Of a DNA stretch of 64,000 nucleotides, positions 60,906-64,000 are shown piece by piece. The stretch covers positions 64,001 to 128,000 of the forward strand of contig JANNVX010000041.1 of the NCBI GenBank assembly GCA_031414595.1. The letters are read 5' to 3'. Each line of letters opens with the position of its first letter. Positions within the stretch are counted from its first letter, which is position 1. Below the pieces are notes generated by a model that saw only the letters and a program-made list of their open reading frames with translations, had not been told where the DNA came from and made no database searches. The translations under genes and the position numbers were made by a program. The stretch is from Deinococcales bacterium (GTDB lineage: Bacteria > Deinococcota > Deinococci > Deinococcales > JAAFIG01).

Positions 60906-61880
60906 TTACCCACTGATTGGTTTAGCAAACTGCCCACGTTCAGAAAGAATACACGCCAACGCAATACTATTAAATTTTGTTTCGCCACTATCCGCCCGAG
61001 AAGTTAAAATCATTGGCGCACTCGCCCCCATAATAATCCCAGCCACATTGCTGTTAGAAAAGTAAACCAATGTCTTATAGAAAACATTTCCCACATCTAT
61101 GTTATCCACAATTAAGACATCGGCATGACCCGCGACTGGCGAAATAATCCCCTTGATTTCGGCGGCTTGGGGCGAAACTGCATTATCAAGCGCCAACGGA
61201 CCATCTATGGTTGCGCCTTTAATCTGCCCACGGTCTCCCATTTTAGAAATAATAGCGTCATCCACGGCGGTACTCATCTCGGGATTAACCACTTCCACGG
61301 CTGCCAGCATTGCCACTTTAGGTTTCTCGAGACCAAGGGCAATTGATACCGCCACGGCATTCTGCACAATTTCAATTTTAGCTTTTAAGTCCGGTTCGAT
61401 ATTCATTGCCCCATCAGACATGCAAAATAAACGCTCAAATTTATTCGGGGCATCGAAGACCAAAATATGCGATAACAACTTGCCCGTTCTTAAACCCCAT
61501 TCTTTATTCAGCACTGCCCGTAGAATCGTGGCGGTGTCCACCAAACCCTTCATTAAAATATCTGCTCGACCTTCACGCACGGCTTTGACCGCCAATTCCG
61601 AAGCCAAAGCATTGGAAGCCGCATGATGAATCTCGAGTTTAGAAGCATCAATCCCAATTTCTAAACACACGGCTTTAATTTTAGCTTCATCACCAAATAA
61701 AATTGGATGAATCATGCCCTCCAAACGCGCATTATGCACCGCCTCGAGAACATGGTCATCTTCGGCTGCTGCCACTGCCACACGCTTGGTAGCACGCACT
61801 TGACCAATCAGTTTGGCTAAACCAATAATGCTTCGCATGTCACGCAAGGGTTCGATATTCGAGAAATCAAGGGTTTCCAT
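60906..61880 (-). CDS. ptb: Phosphate butyryl/acetyltransferase
   Basis: ADILMKG, DGPLALDNA and LTSRAD motifs. Confidence 0.85.
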   Translation of the reverse strand: METLDFSNIEPLRDMRSIIGLAKLIGQVRATKRVAVAAAEDDHVLEAVHNARLEGMIHPILFGDEAKIKAVCLEIGIDASKLEIHHAASNALASELAVKAVREGRADILMKGLVDTATILRAVLNKEWGLRTGKLLSHILVFDAPNKFERLFCMSDGAMNIEPDLKAKIEIVQNAVAVSIALGLEKPKVAMLAAVEVVNPEMSTAVDDAIISKMGDRGQIKGATIDGPLALDNAVSPQAAEIKGIISPVAGHADVLIVDNIDVGNVFYKTLVYFSNSNVAGIIMGASAPMILTSRADSGETKFNSIALACILSERGQFAKPISG

Positions 61881-61917
61881 AGCAGTATTCTAAACTGTTT
61901 AACGAACAACCAATGGT

Positions 61918-62247
61918 CTAACGTTCGTCGCCATCACCAGAAATTTTGCCGCGTTCTAACCTCGAAAAGAGCTTTTTGATATTGGCGGCAGCAACTTCTT
62001 CAAGGGTCAGGTTTAATTCGGTGCAGAGTTGGGTTAAGTACCACAGCACATCGCCAAGTTCGCCTTTTAAGGCTTGACGGTCTTGTTCAGAAATGATGCC
62101 GTTTTTATCTCTGAAAATCTTTTTAATTTTGCCGGCAAATTCGCCAGCTTCATTGACCAAACCCAGTGTGGGATAGGCAATGCTGTGATGACACTCGACA
62201 GCCTGAGCGGTTTTTCGTGATTCGGTTTGATAAGTGGCAAAATCCAT
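61918..62247 (-). CDS. MazG-like nucleoside triphosphate pyrophosphohydrolase
   Basis: EAGE...ELGDVLWY. Confidence 0.9.
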   Translation of the reverse strand: MDFATYQTESRKTAQAVECHHSIAYPTLGLVNEAGEFAGKIKKIFRDKNGIISEQDRQALKGELGDVLWYLTQLCTELNLTLEEVAAANIKKLFSRLERGKISGDGDER

Positions 62248-62397
62248 GGGTTCATTTTATCCTAAGAGTACGAACCGCCAAGCACCGACCTTGCAAGCCC
62301 ATGTTTTGAGGCATTTCTTAAATTTAAAAAGCACCGCCAAGGGCATCATCAATTTGTAGATGGCAATCTATTTGCCAGTGCGTGGTATTTTTGGCTT

Positions 62398-63315
62398 TTA
62401 ATCCTCGGCTACCCCAAGGGCTTTACGCCACTGCAATACCAAACTCGAGAAAGCTGTGCTGGGTGTGGCATAACGCTCTAAAGCCAGAATTGTCGTCTCG
62501 AGAGCGGCATCAGCTTTTATTCGCGCTGGCACTTCTAAATTTCGCAAGGCAAAACGCAGCGCATCTGGGGTCAGTAAGCGGTCAAAATTCTTCTCGAGCA
62601 TATCGGCGGCGGTGAACGCCTCGAGCAGCCCTAATTGCAATTTTTCTAAGAAATTTTTGGCGCTGTTCATGACCGCTTTGGTTTTTTCGGCTTCGAGAAT
62701 CAGCCCCGGTCTACCCGCCGCAAAAATCAGTAATTCGGGGTCTATGACTTTCATCTGCTGCTCGAGGATAAAATCTGGCACAGGCGGTACTCGGTAACGT
62801 TGCGAACGCGAAACAATAGTGGGAATCATGCCCGAAGCATCCTCGGTGATAAACACAAAACGCGCCTTGTGTGGTGGTTCTTCGATGCTTTTTAAGAGGG
62901 CGTTGGCGGCTGATTCGTTCAAGAACTGCGCCCCATCAAAAATAATCACTTTATGACGGTAACGCGGCGATAATTCAATAAATTCTAAGACATGATGTTC
63001 ATAGTCTTTGCCAGTGTCATGCGAAGCGCTGATTGCCCCAATCGGAATTAAACTGACCCGAGCGCGTTTACCAGTGCTGGTTTCTTCTCGTGGAGAAATC
63101 TCGAGAATATCTGCGTGTGAACCTGATAAAAAATTTTGACACGAGGCACACGCCCCACAAGGCTCGAGACCAGTCGGGGCTTTACAATTGAGGCGCATGG
63201 CGTACCATTTGGCAAGCCCACGCCGTCCCACGCGGGCTGTGCCTTCGAGAATCAGGCTGTTGGCACTGGTCTGCTCGAGTAGCTTTTTTACTTTGTCATG
63301 TCCGATTAAGTTCAT
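62398..63315 (-). CDS. holB: DNA polymerase III delta' subunit
   Basis: GH, zinc module (C..PCGACASC), AANALLKSIEEPP and TIVSR motifs. Confidence 0.85.
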   Translation of the reverse strand: MNLIGHDKVKKLLEQTSANSLILEGTARVGRRGLAKWYAMRLNCKAPTGLEPCGACASCQNFLSGSHADILEISPREETSTGKRARVSLIPIGAISASHDTGKDYEHHVLEFIELSPRYRHKVIIFDGAQFLNESAANALLKSIEEPPHKARFVFITEDASGMIPTIVSRSQRYRVPPVPDFILEQQMKVIDPELLIFAAGRPGLILEAEKTKAVMNSAKNFLEKLQLGLLEAFTAADMLEKNFDRLLTPDALRFALRNLEVPARIKADAALETTILALERYATPSTAFSSLVLQWRKALGVAED

Positions 63316-63363
63316 TTGTCATGACCTATTAAGTTCATTGTCTGCCATGCCTGAAGATGTTCA

Positions 63364-64000
63364 TTACCGACCTATGTCTAAACGCGAAGCCAAGGCTTCA
63401 GGTAGACCAGCCGCCCTAATTTTCTTTTGGGCAGAGGCAATATCGTAGTTGACTCGGTAAATCTCGAGCAGTTTGGTGTTGGTGTCAAAAACGCCATAAC
63501 TGGCTTTGGGGTTGCCGTCTCGAGGTTGTCCAACACTGCCCGGATTGACAATCCAGCGCCCTCTGGGTGGCATTGGCAAACGGTTCTCGTTTTCGACACA
63601 AGCATGAAAAATCGTCACTTCGGTGTTGTTTTCTAAGCAAGCAAAGACCCCAGCCAAATGTGAATGCCCAACAAAAGCCAGTTTGCCAGTCCAGTCCTTA
63701 AAAATGACCCGAGCGATATTGACATTATCCACATACTCTTTAGGGTCGCGTGGTGAACCATGAATAAACATCACCGAAGCCCCATCTAATTTAACACTGG
63801 CTTGTTCTGCCCAAGTTTGCATCCAACCAATCTGACTCGGCAGTAGTTGGGCTAAATTCTGGCGTAAACTCATCCCTACTGGGGTATCCAATTTAATGCT
63901 TTTACCTTGCGCCATCTCGAGCAGCATCTGGTCATGATTGCCGATAATCGAACGTGGTTTTAGCGGCTCGAGTTGTTTGAACACCGCTCCAGCATCCGCT
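63364..64000 (-). CDS. Metallophosphoesterase, 5' end outside window
   Basis: GNHD, HGSP, GHSH and NPGSVGQPRDG motifs. Confidence 0.9.
   Translation of the reverse strand, partial: ADAGAVFKQLEPLKPRSIIGNHDQMLLEMAQGKSIKLDTPVGMSLRQNLAQLLPSQIGWMQTWAEQASVKLDGASVMFIHGSPRDPKEYVDNVNIARVIFKDWTGKLAFVGHSHLAGVFACLENNTEVTIFHACVENENRLPMPPRGRWIVNPGSVGQPRDGNPKASYGVFDTNTKLLEIYRVNYDIASAQKKIRAAGLPEALASRLDIGR

Overview
A gene-dense chromosomal window of moderate GC (by eye slightly under 50%), most likely from a Deinococcota (Deinococcales-like) bacterium. The evidence is a clear ddrB homologue with an RDRM operator, futalosine-pathway mqnC and many apparently leaderless promoters. Gene content: two sugar ABC systems; a DeoR-linked cluster with three sugar-phosphate isomerases, a kinase and a GH13; an NMT1/THI5 ABC plus creatininase, two amidohydrolases, an FAD oxidoreductase and an MTHFR-like gene (possibly pterin or heterocycle catabolism); a cobalamin-riboswitch btuFC-cob operon with two broken genes; a ParE-type toxin-antitoxin pair; an XRE-ImmA/IrrE plus nonsense-interrupted PIN module; an ArsR-SRPBCC operon; housekeeping genes; and a histone-H1-like Lys/Ala protein. 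The most unusual signals are non-coding: extreme over-representation of the palindrome CTCGAG (HIP1-like), GTAG-type REP doublets of which two carry the same 38-bp mini-insert, heptamer and 24-bp tandem repeats, and a chain of coupled micro-ORFs repeating the holB N-terminus. No rRNA, tRNA, CRISPR array or transposase was recognised. All calls come from reading the sequence; no database search was run.
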